From IMG/VR virus record IMGVR_UViG_3300028610_000429: a stretch of 42,503 nt of DNA; one strand, given 5' to 3'. The notes beneath the pieces were generated by a model that saw only the letters and a program-made list of their open reading frames with translations, did no database searches and was not told where the DNA came from. Source of the stretch: a virus. The number at the start of each line of letters is the position of its first letter. Within the stretch, counting starts at the first letter, position 1. A program made the translations under genes and the position numbers. Shown here in pieces: positions 7,725-17,210 of this stretch.

Positions 7725-8720
7725 TTAGTGGTTAATTTCTGATGAATAGATAGCATCCCTACAATAGTTACCCGCCCCTAGATCGTAGTTGTTAGTGCGA
7801 ACATAACCGTCACCACTCGCATATTGGCTTTCAGTACAACCAAAGAAGCAATGGGCCACTACGTTTCCTCCTGTAGTAGTAGGAGATGCACTTGCCCTGA
7901 GGTCAATCAGCATATCCAAAGCAGAAGCATAAACTCCGTGCCAAGGGAATGTATTGTCTTCAAACCTACTACCTACCCAACCCATACCTGAATAACAATT
8001 GATATGCGACCTGTTGGATTCAAACTGATTACCGATAACTCTCCAACCAATGTTTGGATTACCTCCAGAAGCACCCCAAATAGCGGCTGCTCCTGTAGCA
8101 TTATGATACATGAAGTGATTATTGATAATGTTGGCGTAATGAATTCCGTTGTAATCTGTCAAACCTGCAGCTTCAATTCCATACTTACCAGTGCCACCAC
8201 CCCAGAACATACAGTTATCTACTGTCACTCCTTGAGAAATAGATCCATCTGTACCTGCGATATAAGCAGTTGTATTCTGGTCAGCTACTAACTTAATACC
8301 TGAAGAAGTTGCTCCTGGTCTGAAACACATATTACTGTATCTCCAACCTGAAGCGTTATTGGTAATAATAGGACTTGAGGAAGTAGTTGGTACAAGATTA
8401 ACTCCACCTCTAATTCCTGGCATTCCTGGTGAAACTCCAATAACAGAAACATTCTGTGCTTCCGTTTCAGTAGGAGTTGAGTAATTTCCTGTATAAGTAC
8501 CAGGTTTCACAAAAATAACGTCTCCGTCACCAACAGCAGCGAAGGCCTCGTCAAGGTCTGAGAAGGGTTGATCCCAACTCTTGCCACCTTTGTCTGCTGA
8601 GGCAGCATCAACGAACCAATAGTCTCCAGTTGACATCAACGGCGAACCTACAATGTCTTCTGGGTACCATTTGTGTCCAAATGTGCCTACTGCAGGCATA
8701 TAATTTCTAGCTTTTCCCAT
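7725..8720 (-). CDS. Right-handed beta-helix (pectate-lyase-like) protein; putative depolymerase or tailspike-type enzyme
   Basis: GDGDVIFVKPGTYTGNY is followed by repeated PbH1-like turns (ITNNASG, VTVDNCMFWGGG, IINNHFMY, VIGNQFES, FEDNTF). Confidence 0.55.
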   Translation of the reverse strand: MGKARNYMPAVGTFGHKWYPEDIVGSPLMSTGDYWFVDAASADKGGKSWDQPFSDLDEAFAAVGDGDVIFVKPGTYTGNYSTPTETEAQNVSVIGVSPGMPGIRGGVNLVPTTSSSPIITNNASGWRYSNMCFRPGATSSGIKLVADQNTTAYIAGTDGSISQGVTVDNCMFWGGGTGKYGIEAAGLTDYNGIHYANIINNHFMYHNATGAAAIWGASGGNPNIGWRVIGNQFESNRSHINCYSGMGWVGSRFEDNTFPWHGVYASALDMLIDLRASASPTTTGGNVVAHCFFGCTESQYASGDGYVRTNNYDLGAGNYCRDAIYSSEINH

Positions 8721-8749
8721 GTTTATTTTATTGTTTCTTTCTCGGGTCA

Positions 8750-8766
8750 GGGGCTTTTACACCCCC
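8750..8766 (-). other. Second copy of the GGGG(G/C)TTTT(T)ACACCCCC motif, just downstream of the capsid gene
   Basis: The plus strand reads GGGGCTTTTACACCCCC, compared with GGGGGTTTTTACACCCCC at 6108..6125. The stem here is weaker (4 bp). Confidence 0.35.
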
Positions 8767-8801
8767 GCCAGGTCAAAAGATAACACGTTAAATGAATAAT
8801 C

Positions 8802-9857
8802 CTAGCCTGTGATTCCAGTCATTTGACCCGTTCTTCGTGGGTCGTTTGACATCCAGTTACCAACTAAATACATGTGGCCGACTTCGGCTGGTTGATTAGT
8901 TGATCTTAACATTCCAGACCAATTGAATCCTTTAGGAATCGGTAAGGCTTGTGGTCCATCAATGTTAGCTTCTCCCGTGTTAAATTTTTCATAACCTGGA
9001 AGATTTAACCCTGCCCAAAAGAAGTTCTTCTCGTTTAACATAAACATCTTTTGAGATGTACACTTGTCATCCTTAACAAAAGGTGTGCCTCTGTACCATA
9101 AGGCGTTGAAACCAAGCGTACCTCCACTTAAAGCATTAGTACCGGAAACTACTCCAGTTCTAGTAACTTGTGGGAAGCCTGACGTTTGATATCCTGCTCT
9201 TACAGTAGGACTAAGCAAAGCTTCATAAGCAGACCAGATTGTAGGGGTTGAAACAATTAAACTTGGTCCAACACCACCAATTTCTACACCATCGTATCCG
9301 GTGGACATGTCTGATATTGCTAATGCACCGATTGTTGCGGCGTAATACCCTTTAAGACTTGCGTATGTGCCTCTAGGTTGTGCTCCATAATTAGCAAAAT
9401 TAGTAGAGTCATCAGCTGCATTTAAGATTGAATCAAATGAAGCTGCACCTGAAGCTGCACTGGTACCTGTGTAGATATAATCTCCTAGGTCATCAGTCAA
9501 GTCTTGTGCAATTGAATCCATTTCAACAGATAGTAATTCAAGGACTCTTTCGTCACCTTGATTTACTGCTACTTCAATGTCATCAACTACTACTGGTTTG
9601 TGAATACGTTGAGGTTCAAATTGCATTTTAATCCTCGTTTCCTGCCTTGATGTATCAAGGGTTCCACCAACTGGAACTAATCCACCTTCAGTAGATTTTT
9701 TGTATTTGATAGGGATATCATATCTGAAACCAGAACTCCAGCTCTTGGCGTTTCCAAGAGTTCTTAAAAGAAACACATTTCCTTCAAGAATGGTATCTGA
9801 AACTTGTGGTACGATTGTTTCCCTAGTAACCGTTTTTACGGCGTCTGAAAATTCCAT
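8802..9857 (-). CDS. Major capsid protein (HK97-fold type)
   Basis: 351 aa, immediately downstream of the portal and an acidic scaffold-like gene. Size and composition fit a T7-like capsid-gene arrangement. No database check was possible. Confidence 0.65.
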   Translation of the reverse strand: MEFSDAVKTVTRETIVPQVSDTILEGNVFLLRTLGNAKSWSSGFRYDIPIKYKKSTEGGLVPVGGTLDTSRQETRIKMQFEPQRIHKPVVVDDIEVAVNQGDERVLELLSVEMDSIAQDLTDDLGDYIYTGTSAASGAASFDSILNAADDSTNFANYGAQPRGTYASLKGYYAATIGALAISDMSTGYDGVEIGGVGPSLIVSTPTIWSAYEALLSPTVRAGYQTSGFPQVTRTGVVSGTNALSGGTLGFNALWYRGTPFVKDDKCTSQKMFMLNEKNFFWAGLNLPGYEKFNTGEANIDGPQALPIPKGFNWSGMLRSTNQPAEVGHMYLVGNWMSNDPRRTGQMTGITG

Positions 9858-9863
9858 CGTTTT

Positions 9864-10568
9864 TTACTTGAATTTTGATAATGCTTCCTTCGCAGCGTCA
9901 ACTATGCTTAACCCACTTGTCCTTAGCTTTTGAGGATCGTATGGAAGTTTTCCACCTTCCGAAGATGGTGTAGATACTCCATCTGCAGCTCGTTTCGCCT
10001 TATTGGCAAGAGCTACTCTTACTGCGGCTTTTCCATCAATGTTAGCTTCAGAATAAGTAGAATATACAGATTTAAGATCATTAGGAGTCTTAACTGTAAT
10101 CTTGTGGCGATCGATATACCCGAAGAAATCTTTGTCATCGAAGTCTTTATCTTTCTTCTTGATCTCTTCCACAAAACTATCTACTTGCTTCTTAGCATCC
10201 TCAGTTTTCTTAACTTGAGCTTCGGTGGCATCTTTGCCTTGTTTCTCCTTATACTCAGCTAAGTCCTTTATATCTCCAGACAATTCCTGGAAAGTTTTAG
10301 GTTTCCAACCCTCTTTAAGCATGGCGGGTAAGCCTTCCTGCTCAGGATCCTTGTTACCAAGAGCTATCGCTAAAAGTTGCGATTTCTTAGTAAACTCTGG
10401 GAGTAACTCATCGTACTTACTAGAGTTTTCTAAAGATTTAGTCAATTGATCGACGGTATATTCTTTATCACCGATTTTGACTAATTCTCCTTTTGGTTCT
10501 CCCTCACCACCTTCTGGGGGTGTACCACTCTCGGCCTCGCCCTCTAGGTTTAAATTCTCGTCTGACAT
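9864..10568 (-). CDS. Scaffolding protein
   Basis: 234 aa, acidic and Lys/Glu-rich, helical. It lies between the portal and capsid genes. Confidence 0.55.
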   Translation of the reverse strand: MSDENLNLEGEAESGTPPEGGEGEPKGELVKIGDKEYTVDQLTKSLENSSKYDELLPEFTKKSQLLAIALGNKDPEQEGLPAMLKEGWKPKTFQELSGDIKDLAEYKEKQGKDATEAQVKKTEDAKKQVDSFVEEIKKKDKDFDDKDFFGYIDRHKITVKTPNDLKSVYSTYSEANIDGKAAVRVALANKAKRAADGVSTPSSEGGKLPYDPQKLRTSGLSIVDAAKEALSKFK

Positions 10569-10702
10569 GTATTTTGGCTATTATCATTGCCCCCTTAACA
10601 GTTATTCTCTACGAGATTCCATTAAGTTGCTTGATGAAAACAGCGGTTATGTTATTGCTCTATGTTTTATGTAAGATGCTCTCGAGCATAAGCATCAGTT
10701 CG

Positions 10703-12604
10703 TTATTTAGTTTCCTCTTTCGGTTTAGCTTTTGATAAATTCTTAAATTGCATCTTTAACTTGCTTAATATCTCTTGCTGTTCTTTAGGTGATTTCTTCT
10801 TAAATTCAGGATTCTTTACTATCTCATCTGTTTTCTTTCTAAGTTCTGCAATTGCAGTAGCTCTTTCGTCTGTTGGTTGAGCCGCTTGAGCCAATTCCTG
10901 TAATAATGCTATTCCATCTTTCATATTTTCTATATCTTCAGGATCTAATTCAAGAATTGAAAATGGGCTAACCTTATACATTTCAATCTGTTTTGCAGTC
11001 TCCATTGGGTTATCAAATTCAGCTGCCTCGAAGTATTGTAGTGGTGTTATCATTCCTGCAACTACTAGTTCTTTCGCTGTTTCTGCTCTATAAACTCTAT
11101 CTACTGGCATTATTTGGCCTGGAATTACCTTTATCTCGATTCCATCTTCAAGGTTGTCTTGCATTATTTCTATCACTCTCATGGCTGTTTCCTTTCCTAG
11201 TAACTTAGTGTAGTGGCTTTCAGTATAATTAATCTTCATGAACTGTAACTGCCAATTGTAGATTTCAAGGTGAAGTGTGTCTACCACGTCAACGAGTTCG
11301 TTTAATCTTTGGAAGCCTCTTTCTCTTAATATAGCTCTACCTGTGGCCGTTTCAGATCCCTCTCTCTCTCCTCTCATTGTTGCTTGAGTTCCAAATATAG
11401 ACTCTAGTGATTGAATAGACATTACTAGATCTTCTGTCACCATATTAGGTAAATCTCTTCCACTTTCTATCGTTACACCCATTCCTACTCCATCTCCGAT
11501 AATCATTCCTTCTGGGTCTGATTTCATTGCTTGCCACTCTCCTTTGCTCTTTAATTCCATGTGCTTCGTATCTATCTTCCATCTTCCATTGGCTGATGCA
11601 GCGTTATCTGAAATCTGTCTCTTTCTCTTGTTGATATTTTCTTGTAGAGATAAAACTTGTTCTATTAACGAAGTTTCTCCTACTTCTTTCTTTTCTACAT
11701 CCAACATTGTTGCGCAAATGTATGGATGAGTTGGTTTATCAAAATGATTGAAAAGGTATTGTTGATACTTATCGGCTTTCTTTTCTTTCTTCATCTCGGT
11801 AACTCTTCCTTCTCTTGTTCCTCTTGCACTTACTAAAAGTTTCTTTCTTTCTTTCATCTTGGCTTTATCAAATTTTCTCATTTCATCCTTATCAAAGAAT
11901 ACTCCATCCCAATCCCAATAAGGATTTAACTCTTTCTTTAAAATTTCCCCTCTAAACTCATGAACAACCCAATCTCCTAACCAAGCTTCTTTATATGAAA
12001 CAGGGTCATTCTTAATTCTCGCATCAATTTCATTCTTTCTTCCACCTGCTTTTTTCAAGATCTCTTCTACTTTGTCAGGAAACCTATCCAACATAGTGTC
12101 TATGTCAGTGTCTATCTGTTCTACGACATCACCATTTTCACTAAATCTTATACTTCTAGGATCTACTACTGCAAGGTCAAAGTCATCTTTATCATTATTC
12201 CAAATGTTTTTAAGAACTATTTTTCTTGATAATAACAACCATCTTAAACCTCTTCTTACTTTCTTTTTTAGCTTTAAAGTTCGGTATTTCTCTAAAAAGA
12301 CATCAGTTAAGTCTGTCGCTACTTGTCCTGATTCAGGACTTTCGTTACCTGGTAAGACATTTGGCTTTGATGGTCTTCCAGTAAGATTTCCTATTACACT
12401 TTCAACTGCTAAGAATACTCTATTGTCTCTAACTCTAGACTTCTTTCTAGGAATGGTCGCTACAACCGAATCATCATTTTGCCATACTCTCTTATTCTTC
12501 TTATAGGTCTCAGTAATTATCGCTGACGACTTATCTAAAGAAGTCCACCTGTTATTAATCAGACGTTTTAATCTTGTATCACTTAGATTTGAAATATCAA
12601 TCAT
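10703..12604 (-). CDS. Portal protein
   Basis: About 633 aa, downstream of the large terminase and upstream of scaffold and capsid. The track start at 12628 is TTG; the first ATG is at 12604 (MIDISNLSD). Confidence 0.6.
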   Translation of the reverse strand: MIDISNLSDTRLKRLINNRWTSLDKSSAIITETYKKNKRVWQNDDSVVATIPRKKSRVRDNRVFLAVESVIGNLTGRPSKPNVLPGNESPESGQVATDLTDVFLEKYRTLKLKKKVRRGLRWLLLSRKIVLKNIWNNDKDDFDLAVVDPRSIRFSENGDVVEQIDTDIDTMLDRFPDKVEEILKKAGGRKNEIDARIKNDPVSYKEAWLGDWVVHEFRGEILKKELNPYWDWDGVFFDKDEMRKFDKAKMKERKKLLVSARGTREGRVTEMKKEKKADKYQQYLFNHFDKPTHPYICATMLDVEKKEVGETSLIEQVLSLQENINKRKRQISDNAASANGRWKIDTKHMELKSKGEWQAMKSDPEGMIIGDGVGMGVTIESGRDLPNMVTEDLVMSIQSLESIFGTQATMRGEREGSETATGRAILRERGFQRLNELVDVVDTLHLEIYNWQLQFMKINYTESHYTKLLGKETAMRVIEIMQDNLEDGIEIKVIPGQIMPVDRVYRAETAKELVVAGMITPLQYFEAAEFDNPMETAKQIEMYKVSPFSILELDPEDIENMKDGIALLQELAQAAQPTDERATAIAELRKKTDEIVKNPEFKKKSPKEQQEILSKLKMQFKNLSKAKPKEETK

Positions 12605-12720
12605 AATAAAAAAGCGAGCAAAGGACAAAATAGCAGTTTACTATTCTATCCTCTGCCCGCCGTGGATTTGGATTTTTATTTTCCGTCCGTGGTTAGGGCT
12701 TAGATTTATTACATTATAGT

Positions 12721-12909
12721 TTATTCAGTTTTTCTTGTCAAGTCTTTCTTCCTTTTATAGGGTTTAGTAACGAATGTCATGTCTTGAATTAATCCATTAT
12801 GTTTATCAATTATAACTTGGCCACTCTTCAAATCAAAGAAGCCCTTTTCTAATAATACTTTAACTTCCTCTTTAATTATTTCTTCTTTAGTCATGTTGAT
12901 GTTCTTCAA
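12721..12909 (-). CDS. 62-aa protein, unknown
   Basis: Track ORF overlapping the 3' end of the terminase gene. Confidence 0.45.
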   Translation of the reverse strand: MKNINMTKEEIIKEEVKVLLEKGFFDLKSGQVIIDKHNGLIQDMTFVTKPYKRKKDLTRKTE

Positions 12910-14461
12910 TTATTTCTTTTAGTGGTCTCATTATAAACCCATCACTAGTTCTTTCTATGATCTTCTTTTCTTCAGACTTCTCTGAAACAAACTCCACCTT
13001 ACTCATTTTTCTCATTTTAGCTATTTGAAAATAAACAGTTGCATGAGAGAAGTGATCTACTCCTGTCTTTGAATCCCAAATGTACCTTTCTGTTCCTAAT
13101 GGTGTTATTTCGATTATCTTTCTCATTGACTCCCAATGCCTAATATAGACCTCTAAATCCTGTCTGTTTATAGCAAATTGAATGTTCCCTTTTACTATCT
13201 CGTCTATTACCTTGTCTATGATTCTAGTCCGGTCAGTCCAAACATAACCCCAATTGTCTTGATCTGTTTTAGTCATTCCTCCCCACTTTACTATTTCCTT
13301 AACCTCTTTGTCCTTACGATAAAAACATAGAAACAGTTTAGGATACTTATTCTTAAACTCTTCGGCCCACGTTCTTTCTGGTCCTGCGTCCATAACTATA
13401 GTAGGATTGTATTTTTCAATAACTGATTCCAACTCTTCTCTACTTTGACAAGTTCCAGTTTTGAAGATTCCATCCTCTGAACCTATAACATAATGCTTGA
13501 TTCTTCCGATATCAATACCCATGTAAAAAGGTTTTTTGTCCAATGGCTTTGCAGACCAACCATCCATAATCGCCTGCCTAATGTCAGCTTGTTCTCCCAC
13601 GCTGTAAGGTTCTCCTAATATGAAGTTTCTGAAATAATCCTCTCCTCGTAGTTCTTTTTCTCTAATTAGGTCTTTAGCAGACAGCCAGGGAGCCATCATT
13701 TGAGAAATGTGATATCCTGATACCTCTTTCCCCGAAACTGTTGGTTTCCACCTACCTAGCTTTCTGTCTTTGTCAGTAATCTCTTCATTGCAGCTATTAC
13801 AAACATACAATCCTTTTATCTCATCAACGTTCTCTTCCCACTTGAGATATTGTTCTTTTTTACATTTAGAACAAGTAATGAACCATTCTTTCTTATCTGA
13901 TAGTTGCCAGATTTCATCCACTCCTACTCCTACCAAACTAGGATTAGATAAATACCACGTTCCTTTGTATGGTGACGCTGTAATTCTTGATTTATAAGTT
14001 TCAATAGTTCCTAAATCACTTCTATCAATCTCGTCATGAATTAAAAGGTCAGCGGTAGTTGATATAGCTACACTCTTTGATCTCGTACCCTTGTAATAAA
14101 TAAATCTGTCATTGATTTGCTTTAGCCCAACAGTATCACTACTAAACTTCCTCCTTAAAACCTCATTGGCCTGAAATATCTTATCTGCTTTAGTCTTTAC
14201 AAACTCACTAACCTCAGAATCAGACGGCATTGTGTATATCACATTGAACCTTCCTTTGTCTGCAGCATAATAAGCTTTTAATGTAAAAATAACAGATCCA
14301 CCAATCTGCGCACATTTCTTTATTGCTTGCACTGGAGTAAAGTCCTCCAATATATCTATTAGGTATCCTCTATCTTTGAACTCTAGTAATTCTCCTTTCT
14401 CATTTACTATCTTGTTACTTAAAATCCAGTGAAGTATTGAAACATCCTCTGGCTTTACCAT
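12887..14461 (-). CDS. terL: Terminase large subunit
   Basis: 524 aa. It has a Walker-B-like LLIHDEIDR, a CxxC...CxxC zinc ribbon (CSKCKK...CNSCNEE) as in GpA-type terminases, and a C-terminal nuclease-like Asp-containing motif (MGIDIG). It sits directly upstream of the portal. Confidence 0.75.
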   Translation of the reverse strand: MVKPEDVSILHWILSNKIVNEKGELLEFKDRGYLIDILEDFTPVQAIKKCAQIGGSVIFTLKAYYAADKGRFNVIYTMPSDSEVSEFVKTKADKIFQANEVLRRKFSSDTVGLKQINDRFIYYKGTRSKSVAISTTADLLIHDEIDRSDLGTIETYKSRITASPYKGTWYLSNPSLVGVGVDEIWQLSDKKEWFITCSKCKKEQYLKWEENVDEIKGLYVCNSCNEEITDKDRKLGRWKPTVSGKEVSGYHISQMMAPWLSAKDLIREKELRGEDYFRNFILGEPYSVGEQADIRQAIMDGWSAKPLDKKPFYMGIDIGRIKHYVIGSEDGIFKTGTCQSREELESVIEKYNPTIVMDAGPERTWAEEFKNKYPKLFLCFYRKDKEVKEIVKWGGMTKTDQDNWGYVWTDRTRIIDKVIDEIVKGNIQFAINRQDLEVYIRHWESMRKIIEITPLGTERYIWDSKTGVDHFSHATVYFQIAKMRKMSKVEFVSEKSEEKKIIERTSDGFIMRPLKEIIEEHQHD

Positions 14462-14958
14462 CTACGTAGTTCTTTTTCTTTTAGTGATAATCCCCTTAAT
14501 CCTGTTCTTAATTTCTTATTGAATCTCTTCTCATCTATTCTTGCCAGTCTTTTATTGAACTCTTCATAAGGTTCTCCATATTGAGTTTTAAATCCAAATT
14601 GACCTGCTCTAAGGAAGTCTAAGGCGTATTCATTCCTTTGTCGTCTTATCTTACGAGATTTGTTGTAATAAGGGTCTTGGTCCCTGTGGGTAGCATACCT
14701 AATTGCCTCCTTTCCACATTCAGGACATATTCCTCTGATTGTTGAGATCTTATGGCCATCTAACCTATAACTTGTTTTTCTTGCTGATGAAACAAAATCC
14801 TCCTGGCAAGTATCACACCAAAAATCATAAGACTTTAAGAATTGAGGAATGTCGTCATCCATTCTCTCGTTTGGCTTGGGCTTCCTTCTTTCTTTGTCTT
14901 TAGCTAGTTCTTTCTGTATTTCTTTAGTCCTTTGAGTTAGTCTTTCTACTTCGTTCAT
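14455..14958 (-). CDS. 167-aa zinc-ribbon protein, function unknown (small-terminase position)
   Basis: CDTCQ...CPECGK motifs, basic composition. It overlaps the terL start. Confidence 0.5.
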   Translation of the reverse strand: MNEVERLTQRTKEIQKELAKDKERRKPKPNERMDDDIPQFLKSYDFWCDTCQEDFVSSARKTSYRLDGHKISTIRGICPECGKEAIRYATHRDQDPYYNKSRKIRRQRNEYALDFLRAGQFGFKTQYGEPYEEFNKRLARIDEKRFNKKLRTGLRGLSLKEKELRRW

Positions 14959-15152
14959 AAGAACTTCTTTAAGTATTTTATTGGATATTGTCTAAAGTAT
15001 TTCCAATTACCCCAAAAACTTGGAGATTCAGGATTAAACTCTTGGATAGTTCTTATTTCAGCCTTCTCCTCTATCTCTATTACATCTGGATTGTTTTTAT
15101 CACACCAACTGCCTAATTCTGTTAGTGTCGCTATATTGTTTGGTAATTTCAT
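14955..15152 (-). CDS. 65-aa protein, paralogue of 15500..15682
   Basis: MKLPNNIATLTELGSWCDKNNPDVIEIEEKAEIRTIQEF aligns with MKIPNNIKTLTKLSDWCEKNNPKTIEISKSANIKLIREF. Confidence 0.6.
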   Translation of the reverse strand: MKLPNNIATLTELGSWCDKNNPDVIEIEEKAEIRTIQEFNPESPSFWGNWKYFRQYPIKYLKKFL

Positions 15153-15265
15153 AATAAGTAAAATTTTATTAATTGATAAGTAATATAAAATCCAGCAACA
15201 ATGTATAAAAATATGTTGGTTATTAAAAGGATACTTATAACGTGATTGATTGTTATCTTAATCAT
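15149..15265 (-). CDS. 38-aa hydrophobic peptide (below the track threshold)
   Basis: ATG at 15265. Its TGA overlaps the next ATG (ATGA). Translation is MIKITINHVISILLITNIFLYIVAGFYITYQLIKFYLL. Confidence 0.4.
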   Translation of the reverse strand: MIKITINHVISILLITNIFLYIVAGFYITYQLIKFYLL

Positions 15266-15503
15266 CTTCCTTTGCTGGTTTAGCGAATAATTTAAAGAAC
15301 CGACTTAATCCTTTAGGTCTCTCTGCCTCATCAACCTCTTGACGTGTTGGCTCACCAATAAACTCAACCTTACGCTTTGGATTGATTGGCTCGAGTGTTA
15401 CATTCTCACCCTTCTTATCAATTTTAATCTCAAAACCTCTCTTGTTTGTTATAAACGTAGAGATTAGATGGCCTAGTAATACTCCTAATAAAAATTTAAT
15501 CAT
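15258..15503 (-). CDS. 81-aa protein with an N-terminal TM
   Basis: Track ORF; FLLGVLLGHLISTFI is a hydrophobic helix. Confidence 0.55.
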   Translation of the reverse strand: MIKFLLGVLLGHLISTFITNKRGFEIKIDKKGENVTLEPINPKRKVEFIGEPTRQEVDEAERPKGLSRFFKLFAKPAKEDD

Positions 15504-15682
15504 TTTAAATAGTTTAGTTTAATACCTCTAAACCACTCCCAACTCCACTGATAGTTTTTATTATCAAACTCTCTAATCAATTTAATGTTTGCACTCTTGC
15601 TTATTTCTATTGTTTTTGGGTTGTTTTTCTCACACCAATCGCTTAACTTTGTTAATGTTTTTATATTGTTTGGTATCTTCAT
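15500..15682 (-). CDS. 60-aa protein, paralogue of 14955..15152
   Basis: See the alignment given for 14955..15152. Confidence 0.6.
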   Translation of the reverse strand: MKIPNNIKTLTKLSDWCEKNNPKTIEISKSANIKLIREFDNKNYQWSWEWFRGIKLNYLK

Positions 15683-15694
15683 AGTTTTTTATTA

Positions 15695-15940
15695 TTAAAT
15701 TATTAATCTAAACCACAACAATTTTTGTATAGTTTTATATCCTCTTCTATTAAAATAATTAGCCCCTTTACTACTTTTATTAAACTTTTCTAGCTCTATG
15801 AACGTTTTTTCGTTGCAGATAAATGATCCACAATAAGCACCTAACACACTACTAACATCTACAATAAACTCATCTTCAAAAATAGATATTTCGTCATGGC
15901 CTCTCCATATTTCACTGCTTTTAATTAGTTTTTCTTTCAT
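15695..15940 (-). CDS. 81-aa protein, unknown
   Basis: Track ORF. Confidence 0.5.
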   Translation of the reverse strand: MKEKLIKSSEIWRGHDEISIFEDEFIVDVSSVLGAYCGSFICNEKTFIELEKFNKSSKGANYFNRRGYKTIQKLLWFRLII

Positions 15941-16001
15941 AATTCTTTAGGTTGAATTAACCATAGTATAAACATTATTACAAAGACTGTTTCAGGAATT
16001 G

Positions 16002-16517
16002 TCATTCTTCTTCTATCTCCTTATGAAGAGCTTCTTTGATTTCTTCACTTGTTTTAGCTACGACTTTTAAAATGTTTGTGTTCTTCGTTAAGAAGATATT
16101 CAAGGCAGGTCTCAACATTAAGGCTTCTTTTCCAATTGGTTTATCCATTTCTATTCTACTCACTTCCCACATTTTCTTGAAATCTGATGGCGTTGGAATT
16201 ACTTTTCCTTTCTCTATCTGCTCAACAGCCTTTTCCATTACAATCTTTGTCATTTCTAAGATTCGTTCTTTGCTTAATACTTTATCATCCACAGCCGTTC
16301 TTTTAACTATATCTAATACTGAATTATCCATTGCCCTAGTTTTTCTCACCCAATCATTTCCAACACTCCAAACCCTTAAACTACCCATGCTTACTTTTAT
16401 GCCTTTTTTGATACAAAGTTGATCTAATTTTTTTAGACTTCTACTCTTACCTAAATTGAAATAAATAAAGAATGCTTCCTTCTGTTTTATCTCTGATTTA
16501 GTTAGTAGTTTTTTCAT
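16002..16517 (-). CDS. 171-aa putative DNA-binding protein; candidate small terminase subunit
   Basis: N-terminal HTH-like segment (SRSLKKLDQLCIKKGIKVSMGSLRVWSVGNDW). It lies upstream of the packaging genes. The functional call is weak. Confidence 0.35.
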   Translation of the reverse strand: MKKLLTKSEIKQKEAFFIYFNLGKSRSLKKLDQLCIKKGIKVSMGSLRVWSVGNDWVRKTRAMDNSVLDIVKRTAVDDKVLSKERILEMTKIVMEKAVEQIEKGKVIPTPSDFKKMWEVSRIEMDKPIGKEALMLRPALNIFLTKNTNILKVVAKTSEEIKEALHKEIEEE

Positions 16518-16671
16518 TGGCTTGTTCTAACATTTCTTCTAATGCTTGAATCTCTAATGGTAGTATTATGCTATCAACACATTCTTCTATATCAATAAGT
16601 CGCGTTAACCACACGACAATAATAGGACTTGTCATTATAAACATTAAAAGTGTAATTGCTCCTATATTCAT
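16498..16671 (-). CDS. 57-aa membrane peptide (below the track threshold)
   Basis: The ATG at 16671 overlaps the TGA of 16668..17054 (ATGA). Translation begins MNIGAITLLMFIMTSPIIVVWL... Confidence 0.45.
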   Translation of the reverse strand: MNIGAITLLMFIMTSPIIVVWLTRLIDIEECVDSIILPLEIQALEEMLEQANEKTTN

Positions 16672-17054
16672 TTCTTGTTTAACTTTATATATAATTTAGC
16701 CATTGCGTCATCTTCGTCTTTAGCTTCTGCACAAACTGGATTCTTATCTTTTCCTGTAAAAACTCCTAATGCTTCTGCTTTTGCCCAATTCCTTCTACCA
16801 AAACCTTTACCTTTAATTCCTTCCATCACCCTTGTTGAATCGTAAATAGTAAGGCGAATAGTTGTTTTGCAATTCTCTATTAGTTCTAAAAGGGTCGGAA
16901 CCTTAAGCCAATCTTTTACTGAAATATCTCCCATTGGCACAGAATTTATTATTGATAATGAACATTCATTTTCTAAATCAAAATACCTACTTCCAAGAAA
17001 TATATTCTGTGGAAACCCTGCCTCTTTTAATTGTTTTGCTAGTTTGTAGTTCAT
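16668..17054 (-). CDS. 128-aa phage protein, unknown
   Basis: Track ORF. The LAKQLKEAGFPQ N-terminus is of a kind seen in many phage hypothetical proteins. Confidence 0.6.
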   Translation of the reverse strand: MNYKLAKQLKEAGFPQNIFLGSRYFDLENECSLSIINSVPMGDISVKDWLKVPTLLELIENCKTTIRLTIYDSTRVMEGIKGKGFGRRNWAKAEALGVFTGKDKNPVCAEAKDEDDAMAKLYIKLNKK

Positions 17055-17067
17055 ATTACTACTTACT

Positions 17068-17199
17068 TTATATTAAACTCTCGATGAAATAAACAACGAC
17101 TTCATAAGTTACAATTATTCCTGCAATGCAAAGAGAAATTGAAAACAATCTTTTCATTATTTCTTCTATTGTGAATAAAAAATTTCCTAATTTACTCAT
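17068..17199 (-). CDS. 43-aa membrane peptide (below the track threshold)
   Basis: ATG at 17199, TAA at 17070..17068. Translation is MSKLGNFLFTIEEIMKRLFSISLCIAGIIVTYEVVVYFIESLI. Confidence 0.35.
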   Translation of the reverse strand: MSKLGNFLFTIEEIMKRLFSISLCIAGIIVTYEVVVYFIESLI

Positions 17200-17210
17200 G
17201 TTTTTATTAA

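Noticed and set aside
12629-12720. A GC-rich patch with a repeated CCGTGG (CCCGCCGTGG...CCGTCCGTGG) upstream of the portal gene, as a possible structured element.
   Set aside because: The repeats are direct rather than inverted. I could find no convincing helix, terminator or promoter.
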